Origin: an uncultured Candidatus Saccharibacteria bacterium | GTDB taxonomy: Bacteria > Patescibacteriota > Dojkabacteria > J137 | Assembly: GCA_964607415.1 (NCBI GenBank) | Contig: CAZSKK010000002.1 | Location: 9,991-73,990 of the forward strand | Length of the DNA: 64,000 bases | Reading direction: 5' to 3' | Shown here: positions 8,968-19,176 of the stretch, in pieces | Layout of the letters: each line of letters starts with the position of its first letter | Numbering within the stretch: position 1 is the first letter of the stretch | Position numbers and translations under genes: made by a program | Notes under the pieces: model-generated | Told to the model about the DNA's origin: nothing | What the model saw: only the letters and a program-made list of their open reading frames with translations | Databases searched by the model: none

Positions 8968-9483
8968 ATGCCTAAATTACGGGTTATTGATGAATCCGGT
9001 GAAAATTTAGGTATTTTATCAAGGGACGAAGCATTAAACCTAGCACGCGAAAGAGAATTAGATCTTGTATTAATCGCATCCAATTTAGAAATTCCAGTTG
9101 CAAAAATAATTGACTGGTCTAAATTTAAGTACGAAAAAAGTAAAAAAGCAAGACAATCTAAATCAAAGACAGAAGAAACAAAAGAGTGGTGGTTTAATCC
9201 AAATATAGGTGACCGTGACTTGGAAATCAGATTAAATAAAATCAAAGAGTTTATAGAAAAAGGTGGCAAAGCTAAACTTACTGTTAGATCTAGAAGGAGG
9301 GTATCTCCAGGACAAGTTGCAGAGGCCCTAGATAGAATTGTAAAATTTAGTGAAGGATTTGCAGAGCCTGTATCAGAAAAGCTTAGAGAAGGAAGAAATA
9401 TGGCAATTTACATAAAAATAAAGAAAAATAACACAAAAAAGAATTTAACTGTTGAGGAAACAAACAATGAAAACAAAGATTAA
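8968..9483 (+). CDS. infC: translation initiation factor IF-3
   Basis: LRVIDESGENLGILSRDEALNLARERELDLVLIA... is the typical IF3 N- and C-domain sequence. Confidence 0.9.
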   Translation: MPKLRVIDESGENLGILSRDEALNLARERELDLVLIASNLEIPVAKIIDWSKFKYEKSKKARQSKSKTEETKEWWFNPNIGDRDLEIRLNKIKEFIEKGGKAKLTVRSRRRVSPGQVAEALDRIVKFSEGFAEPVSEKLREGRNMAIYIKIKKNNTKKNLTVEETNNENKD

Positions 9484-9673
9484 AACACACAAAGCAAGTA
9501 AAAAAAGATTCAGAATAACAGGCAAAGGCAAAGTTGTTAGAGACAAACAAAGAATTAGAAATAGTTCACACTTAAAAAATAAAAGAAAATCTACTAGAAA
9601 ACTTATTCCAGAAAACCTTGGGTTAAGTTCTCAAAAAGAGTCTAAAAAAATTAAAAGATTATTAAATAACTAA
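9467..9673 (+). CDS. rpmI: 50S ribosomal protein L35
   Basis: MKTKIKTHKASKKRFRITGKGK; GAGGAAA Shine-Dalgarno 7 nt upstream of the ATG at 9467 (the ORF-track start at 9452 is probably too early). Confidence 0.85.
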   Translation: MKTKIKTHKASKKRFRITGKGKVVRDKQRIRNSSHLKNKRKSTRKLIPENLGLSSQKESKKIKRLLNN

Positions 9674-9675
9674 AC

Positions 9676-10020
9676 ATGAGAGTAAAAAGAGGCCAGAACA
9701 AAAAAGCTAAACATAAAAAAGTTCTAAAACAAACAAAAGGATATAGACTATCATATAGCAAACTATATAGGAGAGCTAAGGAAGCATCGGGACATGCAGG
9801 TAGCTATAACTATGCACATAGATTAAGAAGAAAATCGCAAAAAAAAGAAGAATGGATAAAAACTATTTCTGCGGAGCTTTATAATCATGGAATTTCTTAC
9901 AGCAAATTCAGTAAAATGCTTAACGACAAGAAAGTAATTATCGATAAAAAAAACTTGGCAGAAATGATCGTAACAAGACCAGAAAGCTTCAAGATACTTG
10001 TTGAAACAGTTACTAAATAA
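9676..10020 (+). CDS. rplT: 50S ribosomal protein L20
   Basis: MRVKRGQNKKAKHKKVLKQTKGY...GISYSKF matches the L20 consensus. Confidence 0.9.
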   Translation: MRVKRGQNKKAKHKKVLKQTKGYRLSYSKLYRRAKEASGHAGSYNYAHRLRRKSQKKEEWIKTISAELYNHGISYSKFSKMLNDKKVIIDKKNLAEMIVTRPESFKILVETVTK

Positions 10021-10037
10021 TAAGTTAAAGAGATTAA

Positions 10038-10068
10038 AACAGGAGGAATTATTCCTCCTGTTTTTTAT
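10038..10068. terminator. Rho-independent terminator after rplT (could act bidirectionally with the convergent PBP gene)
   Basis: AACAGGAGGAA-TTA-TTCCTCCTGTT stem followed by TTTTTTATT. Confidence 0.8.
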
Positions 10069-10087
10069 TATCTTTATTATCTTCCGG

Positions 10088-13000
10088 TTAGTTTATTGTA
10101 ATATTGCCACTATTGGGTGATCTTAATGTACCTGTATTGCCCACTGACACAAACACTACAAATGCGTATATGTCACCAACTTGCCTATCAGAAGGCGGCG
10201 TCCATGAATAGCTGTAAACATTTCCTATTTGATTCATATTTCCTGGCAATAGAGTTGTTGTAGTATTTCCGGCTCTAGTCCTAAGCTGATAAATTTGTGC
10301 AGTACCTACTGCATTAGGACCAGAATAAGTTACTGTAACAGCCTGATCTGGTAGTGAAGCAGGAGTTGCAGGTAAACTTGAAGGAAGTGGTCCAAAAGAA
10401 AGGTTTGAAGAAACCTCAGCACCTATTATAACTCTTATGTCTTGATTCCTTGTTAATGAGTTACTATCGCTAGCAGACAATCTTAAAGTATAAGTTCCAT
10501 TCTCTAAATTCAAAGACGCAATATTAAATGTCACATCGAAGTTAGAATATGTGGTTGAAGTACCAATTGGTAATCCATCAAGATAAAAACTAAGACTTGT
10601 TATATTTCCACTGGTAGTAAATACACTTCCACGAATATTTATATTGTTGCCAGAAATAACCTGGTTTGCAGTAGGAGCCTGAACAGAGAAGAAAGGACCA
10701 GGTGTTCCGGAACTTCTATCTATATTACATTGTTCTGTAGGGATTATATTTTGCTTAACGGTAGGATCTTCAGCACTTTTACCGCTGATGTAAGCATCTA
10801 AAAAATTCTGCCATCCAGCTACAGGGCTCTTATAATAAGTAAATTCTACTTCTTCAGCAAAACCTAGTGTTCTGTCTACATCTCTTGCAAGCCTGTCTCT
10901 TTGATCCCTGCAAACAGTAGCCCTTGTTCTTATGATTGTTCTTTCTGGATTCCTATCAACTATCATCCAGTTTCTTTCAAAACCTTGGCATTCTCCCGCG
11001 TCATTACAATCACCACCACCTTCATATACAAATCCCGGTCTATTTGTATCCCAAGATGTCTTGGCAGAGAAGTAAGGAGCTTCTCCTACATCTCTCATGT
11101 AATTTTTAACCCATGGTATTACAGTTGTTATTGGGAATGCTGCATTTGGATTCATTGGATAGTTGTTGTTATTTCCTACCCATCCAACAGTCACAAAATC
11201 AGGTGAATATGCCACAAACCAGTTATCCTTGTTGTCTTCTGATGTTCCTGTTTTACCAGATAAATCTCTTTGATCCCAGGAAAATCCATCAAGATTTTTT
11301 AATGATTGATTTAGAAGGTATACTCCTTGCGCATCTGCTACAGATTTTCTTTGCGGATTTGCTTGATATACTACATTTCCATCTTTATCTTCTATTTTTA
11401 AAATTGGGTCAAGCTGAACAAAGTCACCACCATTTGCAAATACACCGAAAGCCTGTGCATGTTCAACTGGATATACAGAAGTACCTCCAAGGATTACTGA
11501 GTGACCATAATCTTCATTATATGTGGTGTAGCCGAATTCTCGAGCTGTATTAACATAATTTTGAACACCAACCAATTCTACAACTTGTATAGCTGGAAGG
11601 TTTCTAGAATCTCTTAGCGCTTGCTGTGCAGTGTAGTTAATACCATTAAAGGTTCCATTCCAGTTTTTCGGACTATAACCTCCAATTTGAATAGGAATGT
11701 CTGGCAAGAAACTTCCTGGGAATAGCTTTCCTTCTTTGTAAGCCATATAATAACCCAATGGTTTATTTGTTGATCCAGGAGATTGTAGTGTTGTTAGAAC
11801 ATTAACTTGCGGATTGTATAGACAGTTTGCACCGTTACCGTCACAACCTTCACTAGTACCATAAAAGTCTTTAGACCCAACCATCGAAATGATTTGTCCA
11901 TTGCTTGGCGTTGTAGTTACAACGGCTGCATTATAAACATCCCAGTACGTGTAATCATTTCCAGCTCTTCTTACATAATCTTCTGCAATTCTTTGAATGT
12001 TATAGTCTAAAGAAGTATAGATCTTGTAGCCTCCAGAACCTAATTCAGCGTTTGTAAAAGGCTCCTGACCATTTTTGTAGTTTCTAGTTGTTAGTTGAGT
12101 TAGAACGTAGTCAACAAAGTGGCCGGCTTTTTTGTCAGTTGCAATAGGTGGTTTATATGCAAGTTCTTGATTTCTTGCTTCTTCAAGCATCTCCTTCGTA
12201 ATTACATCGTCCATTTCAGGATCATCGTAATTCTTTCTAGTTTGATCATTGATTTTTCCTAGATTATTTTCTAATTGGCCAAGAATATATAACTGTCTTT
12301 CCTTAACTTTAGCTTGAGCAGTTTCAGGATCAGGTAGGCCTTTTGTAGGTGAAAGCCTTGAAGGATTTTGAATAATAGCAGCTAAAATTGCTCCTTCTGC
12401 TAATGTTAAATCTTTTGGATCTTTATCAAAATAGAATTGTGAAGCTGTATTAATACCATAAATGGTTGCTCCAAAAGGTGCAACTTGCAAATACATTTGC
12501 AAAATATCGTCCTTAGAGTTTGATTGCTCAACTTTAATAGAAAGAAGAACTTCTTTTATTTTTCTTTCAATTTTTACCTCACTTTGTTTAGTTGTGATTT
12601 TCACCAACTGCTGGGTAATTGTACTTCCTCCACAAACATTATTTGAATCTTTTACATAGTTAACTCCACAACGCAGAATAGCTGCAGGGTCAAATCCTTT
12701 ATGTTCATAAAATGATTCGTCTTCTGCTGCAATAAATGCCCATTTTACGTACTCAGGAATTTCTTCGATATTTACAGGGTCGCTATTATATTGTTCATCG
12801 ATTTGTCTATATAATAAAGTGCCCTTACCATCTCCTTGCTCTAGCTCGTTTCTATCATAAATTTCACTTGCTACTGGGATCTCGGGAAAAACTGCATCTG
12901 TTGTTGGAATTTCTTTATTAAGTCTCTGAAGCCATGAAAATAGCAATAATCCAATAATTGCTCCAGCTACAATAAATACTGTAGCCAAAACTAGAGCAAT

Positions 13001-13168
13001 TTTTTTTAACCGTTTTGATACTTTTTTACTAAGCTTAAATTTTTTAGAAGATCTAACTCTTGATTTATTTAAATTGCTTTTTGCTATAGCAAGCCTAGCA
13101 TTGCTAGAAGAGTACAGTGATTTACTTCGTGTTTTCTTTGTATTTAATGATGTTTTCTTTGTTTTCAT
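10088..13168 (-). CDS. class A penicillin-binding protein (glycosyltransferase + transpeptidase) with ~300-aa Ser/Thr/Asn-rich beta-rich C-terminal extension
   Basis: EDESFYEHKGFD...GGSTITQQLVK (GT51 motifs), STNK and SGKTGT (transpeptidase SxxK/KTG), N-terminal TM anchor. ATG at 13168 preferred over the TTG at 13183. Confidence 0.85.
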   Translation of the reverse strand: MKTKKTSLNTKKTRSKSLYSSSNARLAIAKSNLNKSRVRSSKKFKLSKKVSKRLKKIALVLATVFIVAGAIIGLLLFSWLQRLNKEIPTTDAVFPEIPVASEIYDRNELEQGDGKGTLLYRQIDEQYNSDPVNIEEIPEYVKWAFIAAEDESFYEHKGFDPAAILRCGVNYVKDSNNVCGGSTITQQLVKITTKQSEVKIERKIKEVLLSIKVEQSNSKDDILQMYLQVAPFGATIYGINTASQFYFDKDPKDLTLAEGAILAAIIQNPSRLSPTKGLPDPETAQAKVKERQLYILGQLENNLGKINDQTRKNYDDPEMDDVITKEMLEEARNQELAYKPPIATDKKAGHFVDYVLTQLTTRNYKNGQEPFTNAELGSGGYKIYTSLDYNIQRIAEDYVRRAGNDYTYWDVYNAAVVTTTPSNGQIISMVGSKDFYGTSEGCDGNGANCLYNPQVNVLTTLQSPGSTNKPLGYYMAYKEGKLFPGSFLPDIPIQIGGYSPKNWNGTFNGINYTAQQALRDSRNLPAIQVVELVGVQNYVNTAREFGYTTYNEDYGHSVILGGTSVYPVEHAQAFGVFANGGDFVQLDPILKIEDKDGNVVYQANPQRKSVADAQGVYLLNQSLKNLDGFSWDQRDLSGKTGTSEDNKDNWFVAYSPDFVTVGWVGNNNNYPMNPNAAFPITTVIPWVKNYMRDVGEAPYFSAKTSWDTNRPGFVYEGGGDCNDAGECQGFERNWMIVDRNPERTIIRTRATVCRDQRDRLARDVDRTLGFAEEVEFTYYKSPVAGWQNFLDAYISGKSAEDPTVKQNIIPTEQCNIDRSSGTPGPFFSVQAPTANQVISGNNINIRGSVFTTSGNITSLSFYLDGLPIGTSTTYSNFDVTFNIASLNLENGTYTLRLSASDSNSLTRNQDIRVIIGAEVSSNLSFGPLPSSLPATPASLPDQAVTVTYSGPNAVGTAQIYQLRTRAGNTTTTLLPGNMNQIGNVYSYSWTPPSDRQVGDIYAFVVFVSVGNTGTLRSPNSGNITIN

Positions 13169-13316
13169 ATATAAAACTATCAATTAATCCTGTAAATATT
13201 TGCGCTTCTTTATTAAAGTACAAAAAAGTGTACACTTGGATCTAAGCGCATAAAATAGTATACAATAAGATAGACTTAAGTGTAAGAAAAAGTTCAAGTT
13301 CGAAATCTTTACTGAT

Positions 13317-13709
13317 TTACTTTAATCGTTCAAGCAGCCCTCTTCTTTTTACAATGTTTTTGTAATCCCACTGAATTTCTCGTGATTTTTTAAGCCAGCG
13401 CTTCAAATCCTTTACGTTTATCTGATCAACTGAGGTATATAAAATTGAAGCATCTTTAAATTTACCCGTTCCTATTTTAAGCTGAGGTTCATCGAAACTT
13501 AAGCCGCTCCAAAACATCAGTCTTACCCCATCTTTCAACTTATTATAGCCTACAATTGGGTTTCCCTGCAAAAACCAGACCGGATGTCTGTGCCAGATTT
13601 TATTTTCTGCATCGACCAAGAATTTATCAATATTATTGGCAAGAAGATCACATATTTCCTTATCTGCTTCAGTTTGTCTGCCATTGTATTCTTTAATTTC
13701 TACTTCCAT
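13317..13709 (-). CDS. DUF1801-like (YdhG-like) small protein
   Basis: 130 aa with a W..HP.WF..G.P..G and MFWSG pattern reminiscent of DUF1801; weak. Confidence 0.4.
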   Translation of the reverse strand: MEVEIKEYNGRQTEADKEICDLLANNIDKFLVDAENKIWHRHPVWFLQGNPIVGYNKLKDGVRLMFWSGLSFDEPQLKIGTGKFKDASILYTSVDQINVKDLKRWLKKSREIQWDYKNIVKRRGLLERLK

Positions 13710-13845
13710 ATTATCGCATTTTATATGAAAATTTCTTGGAAGGAAATAGATAGGGTTTTTGAAAGTATTAAGGAGAACTACTTCAGTTTAAGTTGAAGTG
13801 TAAGCTTAAGTATCGAGTCTATTGCTAGTTACTTAAACTATTGCT

Positions 13846-13934
13846 AATTTTTTTTGGCGGAGGGAGTGAGATTCGAACTCACGGTCCCTTGCGAGACGCC
13901 CGTTTTCAAGACGGGTACATTAGACCACTCTGCC
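13846..13934 (-). tRNA. tRNA-Ser (anticodon UGA), type II with long variable arm, CCA encoded
   Basis: Reverse complement GGGAGGGATGGCAGAGTGGTCTAATG...CGTCTTGAAAACGGG...GAGTTCGAATCTCACTCCCTCCGCCA; anticodon loop CTTGAAA. Confidence 0.85.
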
Positions 13935-14159
13935 ATCCCTCCCGAGATTGTTTCTCTAAAAAGCTTCGAAATTATAGCACTAAAACACAATCTGTTGTAG
14001 AAATTTTATCTTCTTTCTTTAATCATTTACCTTTCCACTTCTAACAATTTAAGTTCTCTTCCCCTTAGTCACTGTCAATGCTGCTGGACAATACATATAC
14101 TGCATATATACGCTCCTTGAGCATTCTGTATACAACCAAGCGCATCCATCTAAAATATT

Positions 14160-14187
14160 TTGACAATTCCTGCACATGTGATAAAAT
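14160..14187 (+). promoter_or_regulatory. putative promoter TTGACA-N16-TAAAAT for the NYN-domain gene
   Basis: Consensus -35 and good -10, ~30 nt upstream of the start codon. Confidence 0.45.
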
Positions 14188-14216
14188 TCCGGAAGAATTA
14201 AATCCTAACCCCAAAA

Positions 14217-14711
14217 ATGCCTGAACATATTTATTGTTTTATAGATAGCCAAAACCTTAGCTTAGGCATAAAAGCCCAAGGTTGGAAACTTGACTATCAA
14301 AAATTCCTTGTATACCTTAAAGATAAGTACAATGTACAAAAAACTTTTTTGTTTATTGGATACATTCCTGGATACGAAACATTTTACAATGCTCTAAAGG
14401 CCTTTGGATATGAACTTGTGTTTAAACCCACGTTCGAGATGCACTACAGCAAATCTAAAGCCAGCACCGATGTAGAACTTACCTTAAAAGCTCTGATAGA
14501 ATTTGAGAACTATGACAAGGCACTGTTAGTCACTGGAGATGGAGACTTTTACTGCTTGATTGATTATTTAAAAAAGAAAAATAAATTCCTAAAGGTTTTA
14601 GTACCAAACCATTCAAGTTATTCAAAACTATTAAATTTTCATGCAGCACATCGAATTGATTTTATGAATAATCTTAGAAATAAATTGGAGTATAAACAAG
14701 TAGATTATTAG
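14217..14711 (+). CDS. NYN-domain (LabA-like) putative ribonuclease
   Basis: IDSQNL...LVTGDGDF pattern and ~160-aa size typical of NYN/LabA PIN-like nucleases. Confidence 0.6.
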   Translation: MPEHIYCFIDSQNLSLGIKAQGWKLDYQKFLVYLKDKYNVQKTFLFIGYIPGYETFYNALKAFGYELVFKPTFEMHYSKSKASTDVELTLKALIEFENYDKALLVTGDGDFYCLIDYLKKKNKFLKVLVPNHSSYSKLLNFHAAHRIDFMNNLRNKLEYKQVDY

Positions 14712-14867
14712 TAAGCAAAAAAAAGAGAGGCAATTATATAAGGACTATCCCTTATAAACCTCCTCTCAATCGTAATGACAATATTTATTTTACCAGCACC
14801 GCAAAATAAAGTAAAATATTTTTGCAGGTATTTTTGTCTGCGCTATTCTATATAATTGTGGAACAAT

Positions 14868-14987
14868 TATGAGTAAAAGAAAAGAGAAGCATAAAAGCAC
14901 CGTTTGGTGGATTATAATGATAGTTATAGTTCTAAGTCTGTTACTTCCGCCACTTCTGGCAATAATTCAACTAATTAATAATGCTTG
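14868..14987 (+). CDS. possible small membrane peptide (39 aa) preceding recG
   Basis: ATG...MSKRKEKHKSTVWWIIMIVIVLSLLLPPLLAIIQLINNA: basic N-terminus plus one TM helix; its stop overlaps the recG start. Not in the ORF track (under 60 aa). Confidence 0.3.
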
Positions 14988-16987
14988 ATTTAATGCAACT
15001 GACTGACTCTGTAACTACGCTAAAACAAATAAGTAGTTCGTACGAACAGTTACTTAATAAACTAGAAATTAAATCTTTAAAAGATTTACTTACATACTTC
15101 CCAAGAAAGTACGAAAACGCTACAGCGATAGATCAAATTAGCGATATATTTTTAGAGCCAAACGAAAAGAAAGATTATATTCTAAAAGTAAATGTTTTGA
15201 AATTCACGAATGCTTACCTAAGAAGCAGGAAGACATTACAGCGGGCAGAACTAAATGATAATTCCGGGTCAATTAAAGCCATGTGGTTTAATCAACCGTA
15301 TTTGGAACAGGCATTAAAAGGAAATGCAAAATTTCTCATGAAAGGAAGAATCAGATCCAAAGGAAAGACTATAACCTTTTATCCTAATATTTACGAACCA
15401 ATAATTGAAGATAGAGAGAATGTACACCTGGGAAGGATAGTTCCAGAGTATTCATTAACGGAAGGTGTGAGTAGAAAATGGTTTAGGAATAGAATTAAAT
15501 ATCTAATCGACAACATCGACAGCATAGATATACCTAATGAACTTGCTTACTTTATTGATGATAAGACATTAAAACAATCAATCGCTCAGCTACACTTTCC
15601 TGAAAGCTTTGATGCCGTTAAGCTTGCGGAACAAAAACTTTCTTTAATGGAACTTACAAATATTCAGCTTCAATTAGAAGAAAAACGGCTCAGAAATAAA
15701 AAATTTAAAGCACCAATCATTGGTAAAGAAAATGAAGAACTGATTGACAACTTTATAAAAAGATTACCTTATGATTTAACTTCAGACCAAAGCAGTATCA
15801 TTACACACCTAGTTAAAAAAATAGAAGCTAGACAACTTCTTAATGAATTAATTCAAGGAGATGTAGGATCCGGTAAAACTATTGTTGCGGCAATTGTAGC
15901 TTTAGTAGTTGCAAATTCTGGCTATCAAGTTGCGATTTTCACACCCACAACTATTCTTGCCAAACAACATTTCAAGACATTTACTGAACTTTTTAGCCAA
16001 AACCCAGATATAAAAATCGAGTTTATAACTTCAGAGAATAAAAAGACAAAAGATGCCGATATTTTGATTGGTACATCAGCAATTTTGGCAAGAAAGACCA
16101 ATTTAATCAAAAATTTGGGTTGTGTGATTGTAGACGAACAGCATAAGTTTGGAGTTACACAAAGAGAAGAACTGCTAGAACCTTTTCAGCAATCAATAAA
16201 CACATCCCAGTTCCCACATTACATAAATATGACGGCAACTCCTATTCCCAGAACAATTGCACAAACATTTTTTGGTGATTTAGAAATATCCTCTATAAAA
16301 ACCAAACCTAAAGATAGAAAACCCGTGAAAACATTTCTAATAGAAGAAAAAAAGAGATTGGGGTGTCTAGAATGGATCGAAGAAGAAGTTAAAAAGGGCA
16401 ACCAAGCCTATTGGGTATGCCCACTTATATCTGAATCTGAAAAGCTAGAAATAGCTTCCGCTGAGGAAATTTATAAAAAACTTAAAAAATTAAAGAAAAA
16501 TATTAGATTCGGCCTTTTACATGGGCAAATGAAGCAAACTGAAAAATCAAAAATAATGAATAGCTTTGTAAGTGGAGAAATCGACATTTTGGTTTCAACA
16601 ACAGTTATTGAAGTGGGGGTTGACGTTCCAAACGCAACAATTATGGTTATCGAATCAGCTGAACGATTTGGATTGGCTCAGCTTCATCAAATCAGAGGAC
16701 GTGTTGGTAGGAGTGGCAAACAATCATGGTGCTTTTTGTTCCAAAGCAGTATTAGCCCTACAAGCAATGAACGTCTAACTTTTCTTGCAAACAATTTTGA
16801 TGGGAGTAAGATTGCTGAATTTGACCTAAAAACACGTGGACCTGGAGAAGTTTATGGTCAAAGACAAACAGGAGTACCTAATCTTAAAATTGCAAAACTA
16901 AACGATATTGAATTGATAAACAAAAGCAGAATCATTGCTGAAAAGTTGTATAATGATGGCGTTAGAAAAATCGAACTTTTTAGTTAA
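14981..16987 (+). CDS. recG: ATP-dependent DNA helicase RecG
   Basis: GDVGSGKT (Walker A), VVDEQH (DEQH box), helicase C motifs QLHQIRGRVGR; N-terminal wedge domain. Confidence 0.9.
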   Translation: MLDLMQLTDSVTTLKQISSSYEQLLNKLEIKSLKDLLTYFPRKYENATAIDQISDIFLEPNEKKDYILKVNVLKFTNAYLRSRKTLQRAELNDNSGSIKAMWFNQPYLEQALKGNAKFLMKGRIRSKGKTITFYPNIYEPIIEDRENVHLGRIVPEYSLTEGVSRKWFRNRIKYLIDNIDSIDIPNELAYFIDDKTLKQSIAQLHFPESFDAVKLAEQKLSLMELTNIQLQLEEKRLRNKKFKAPIIGKENEELIDNFIKRLPYDLTSDQSSIITHLVKKIEARQLLNELIQGDVGSGKTIVAAIVALVVANSGYQVAIFTPTTILAKQHFKTFTELFSQNPDIKIEFITSENKKTKDADILIGTSAILARKTNLIKNLGCVIVDEQHKFGVTQREELLEPFQQSINTSQFPHYINMTATPIPRTIAQTFFGDLEISSIKTKPKDRKPVKTFLIEEKKRLGCLEWIEEEVKKGNQAYWVCPLISESEKLEIASAEEIYKKLKKLKKNIRFGLLHGQMKQTEKSKIMNSFVSGEIDILVSTTVIEVGVDVPNATIMVIESAERFGLAQLHQIRGRVGRSGKQSWCFLFQSSISPTSNERLTFLANNFDGSKIAEFDLKTRGPGEVYGQRQTGVPNLKIAKLNDIELINKSRIIAEKLYNDGVRKIELFS

Positions 16988-16998
16988 GTTACTTACTT

Positions 16999-17841
16999 AT
17001 GAACATATTTCAAATCATTGTATTGGGTGCTGTCCAGGGCGCGACGGAGTTTATTCCGGTATCTAGTTCTGCGCACATTTTAATTTTTGAAAAGATTCTT
17101 GGTGTTTCTTCTGAGAATGAAAATTTAAATGCAATTAGTGTATTTTTACATCTTGGAACATTAATAGCTCTACTTTTATACTACAGATTAAGACTTAAAA
17201 CTTATGCATTAGATTTATTCAGCAAAGATAAGCAAAAGGCACGCACAACACTAAAACTTGTTTTTAAAATAGCAATTGCCTCAATTCCAATTGCCTTAGT
17301 AGGATTTCTTATTGAAAATAATCTGGATGAATTTTATGGAAAAGTTGAAAATCAGGACAAAGCATTGCTTTTAATTTCAACAACTCTTTTTTTATTTGGA
17401 CTATTATTTATTTTTAGCGAAAAACTTTTCAAAAATTCCAATAGCAAAATTACAGAATTAAAATATAAAAATTCTTTCTTTATTGGGCTTCTACAAATAC
17501 TGGCTTTAATATATGGGATTTCTAGATCTGGTTCTACAATAATAGCAGGAATGTTGAATGGGCTTAAAAAAGAAGAGGCCTTAGATTTTTCATTTTTGGT
17601 GAGTATCCCTGTAGTTGGCGGTGCAACAATTTATAAAACTTCCGAGTTAATTGTGAATAATTCTCTAACATCTACAGATGTGACCAACTATATAGCTGGA
17701 GTAGTAAGCTCGTTTGTGGTTGGATATTTTTCTATAAGTTTTCTTTTCAAATTTATAAAAACAAATAATCTAAAAATCTTTGGTATCTACAGAATTTTAC
17801 TATCTGCTGGTATAATTCTGATGTTGTTGTTTAATTTTTAA
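16999..17841 (+). CDS. uppP: undecaprenyl-diphosphatase UppP (BacA)
   Basis: GAVQGATEFIPVSSSAHIL at the N-terminus, 8-TM profile, …SRSGSTI motif. Confidence 0.85.
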   Translation: MNIFQIIVLGAVQGATEFIPVSSSAHILIFEKILGVSSENENLNAISVFLHLGTLIALLLYYRLRLKTYALDLFSKDKQKARTTLKLVFKIAIASIPIALVGFLIENNLDEFYGKVENQDKALLLISTTLFLFGLLFIFSEKLFKNSNSKITELKYKNSFFIGLLQILALIYGISRSGSTIIAGMLNGLKKEEALDFSFLVSIPVVGGATIYKTSELIVNNSLTSTDVTNYIAGVVSSFVVGYFSISFLFKFIKTNNLKIFGIYRILLSAGIILMLLFNF

Positions 17842-17843
17842 TA

Positions 17844-18305
17844 ATGGCAAGAGAAATAATACTTGTTTTAGATAACATTCGTTCAGCCTTAAATGTTGGC
17901 AGCATTTTCAGAACCTCAGATTGCCTTGGAGTAAAAGAAATACACATTATTGGAATTAGTCCTACACCTAATCATCCAAAGGTAAAAAAGACAGCAATTG
18001 GGGCAGAAGGTTACGTTAAGTGGAAGTACTTTAAATCTGTTAGAGAAAGTATCGATGATCTAAAAGAACGAGGGTATAAAATATATGCTGTAGAGCAGGT
18101 CAAAAATTCTAAAATTTTTAACGAGGTAACTTATCCCGATAAAGTAGCTTTAATCTTTGGACATGAGCTTACAGGGGTTAGTACTGACGGACTCGAATTG
18201 GCAGATTTAATTGTAGAAATTCCTATGTCAGGAAAAAAGAATTCATTAAATGTTTCCTTAACATCTGGTATCGTATTATCTTATTTAGTCTTTTCACATG
18301 ATTAA
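17844..18305 (+). CDS. SpoU/TrmH-family RNA 2'-O-methyltransferase (TrmL-like)
   Basis: LDNIRSALNVGSIFRTSDCLGV...IFGHELTGVS...EIPMSG; ~150 aa like TrmL. Confidence 0.75.
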   Translation: MAREIILVLDNIRSALNVGSIFRTSDCLGVKEIHIIGISPTPNHPKVKKTAIGAEGYVKWKYFKSVRESIDDLKERGYKIYAVEQVKNSKIFNEVTYPDKVALIFGHELTGVSTDGLELADLIVEIPMSGKKNSLNVSLTSGIVLSYLVFSHD

Positions 18306-18861
18306 TAAACTTAACCCAAGAATAATTGCTGGTGAATTTAAAAATAAAAAACTTTTAGTGCCTTTTGACTCCAGGCCAGTTACAGATAGAGTAAAAAAAA
18401 CAATTTTTGATATTTTAGGCGATTACGTCGAAAATTCTCTTGTTGTAGATTTATTTGCAGGTGCTGGAAGCTTTGGCTGTGAGGCTTTGAGTAGAGGAGC
18501 AAGTATTACTTACTTTATGGATTCTTCAGAAGATGCAATTCAAACTATAAAGGAAAACTTAGCTAACTTAGCTATTGATTCCGGTAGGTTTAAGGTAATC
18601 AAAACAGATTTTGATAACTTCATAAGAAAAAATAAGGGATTAGATGCAGATTTAGTTTTTGTGGATCCACCATTTTTTATGTGTGAAGACTTTCCAGTTT
18701 TTAAGCTTTTAAGAATATTAAAAAATGGTGGGGTTGCAGTATTCAAATTACCTTCAGAAATACGCGACCCACATATTCCAAATAGTTTTGAAATTTTAAA
18801 AGATAAGGAAATAGGTATAAACAGGGTGTTAATTCTGCAGAAAAACACAAAAAAAGACTAA
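18298..18861 (+). CDS. rsmD: 16S rRNA (guanine966-N2)-methyltransferase RsmD
   Basis: RIIAGEFKNKKL...DLFAGAGSFGCEALSRGA...VFVDPPF (the DPPF/DPPY motif of N6/N2 MTases). Confidence 0.8.
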   Translation: MINKLNPRIIAGEFKNKKLLVPFDSRPVTDRVKKTIFDILGDYVENSLVVDLFAGAGSFGCEALSRGASITYFMDSSEDAIQTIKENLANLAIDSGRFKVIKTDFDNFIRKNKGLDADLVFVDPPFFMCEDFPVFKLLRILKNGGVAVFKLPSEIRDPHIPNSFEILKDKEIGINRVLILQKNTKKD

Positions 18862-18969
18862 AAATTCCCCAAATTTGTATTGCAATACAATGCGTAAGAA
18901 AAAAATTTGAAATAAAATTAGGTCACTTAGAGGTTATCTATAGTGTTGGGGTAGGATTCATCTCTAGGT

Positions 18970-18989
18970 TCCCCTCCGCAAGGAGGGGA
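18970..18989 (+). other. GC-rich 8-bp hairpin with GCAA tetraloop in the rsmD-downstream intergenic region
   Basis: TCCCCTCC-GCAA-GGAGGGGA in an otherwise AT-rich spacer. Confidence 0.5.
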
Positions 18990-19176
18990 GGAAAAGAAGC
19001 TTAAGAGAAATTTTTTATAATGGTTTTATTTCGAAAATTAAGTCTATTTGGAAATCTAAAAACTAAATAATCATAAACCTTGCTTCTTACATTTCAAATT
19101 AAAGTTATTTCCTTTACTAACCTGCCTACCCATGCTACAATTTCATGTTTAAATTACAGTTTTTATAAAATAAAAT

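Noticed and set aside
18900-19020. SRP (4.5S) RNA around the GC-rich GNRA hairpin.
   Set aside because: It lacks the conserved helix 8 asymmetric-loop sequence; only the tetraloop resembles it.
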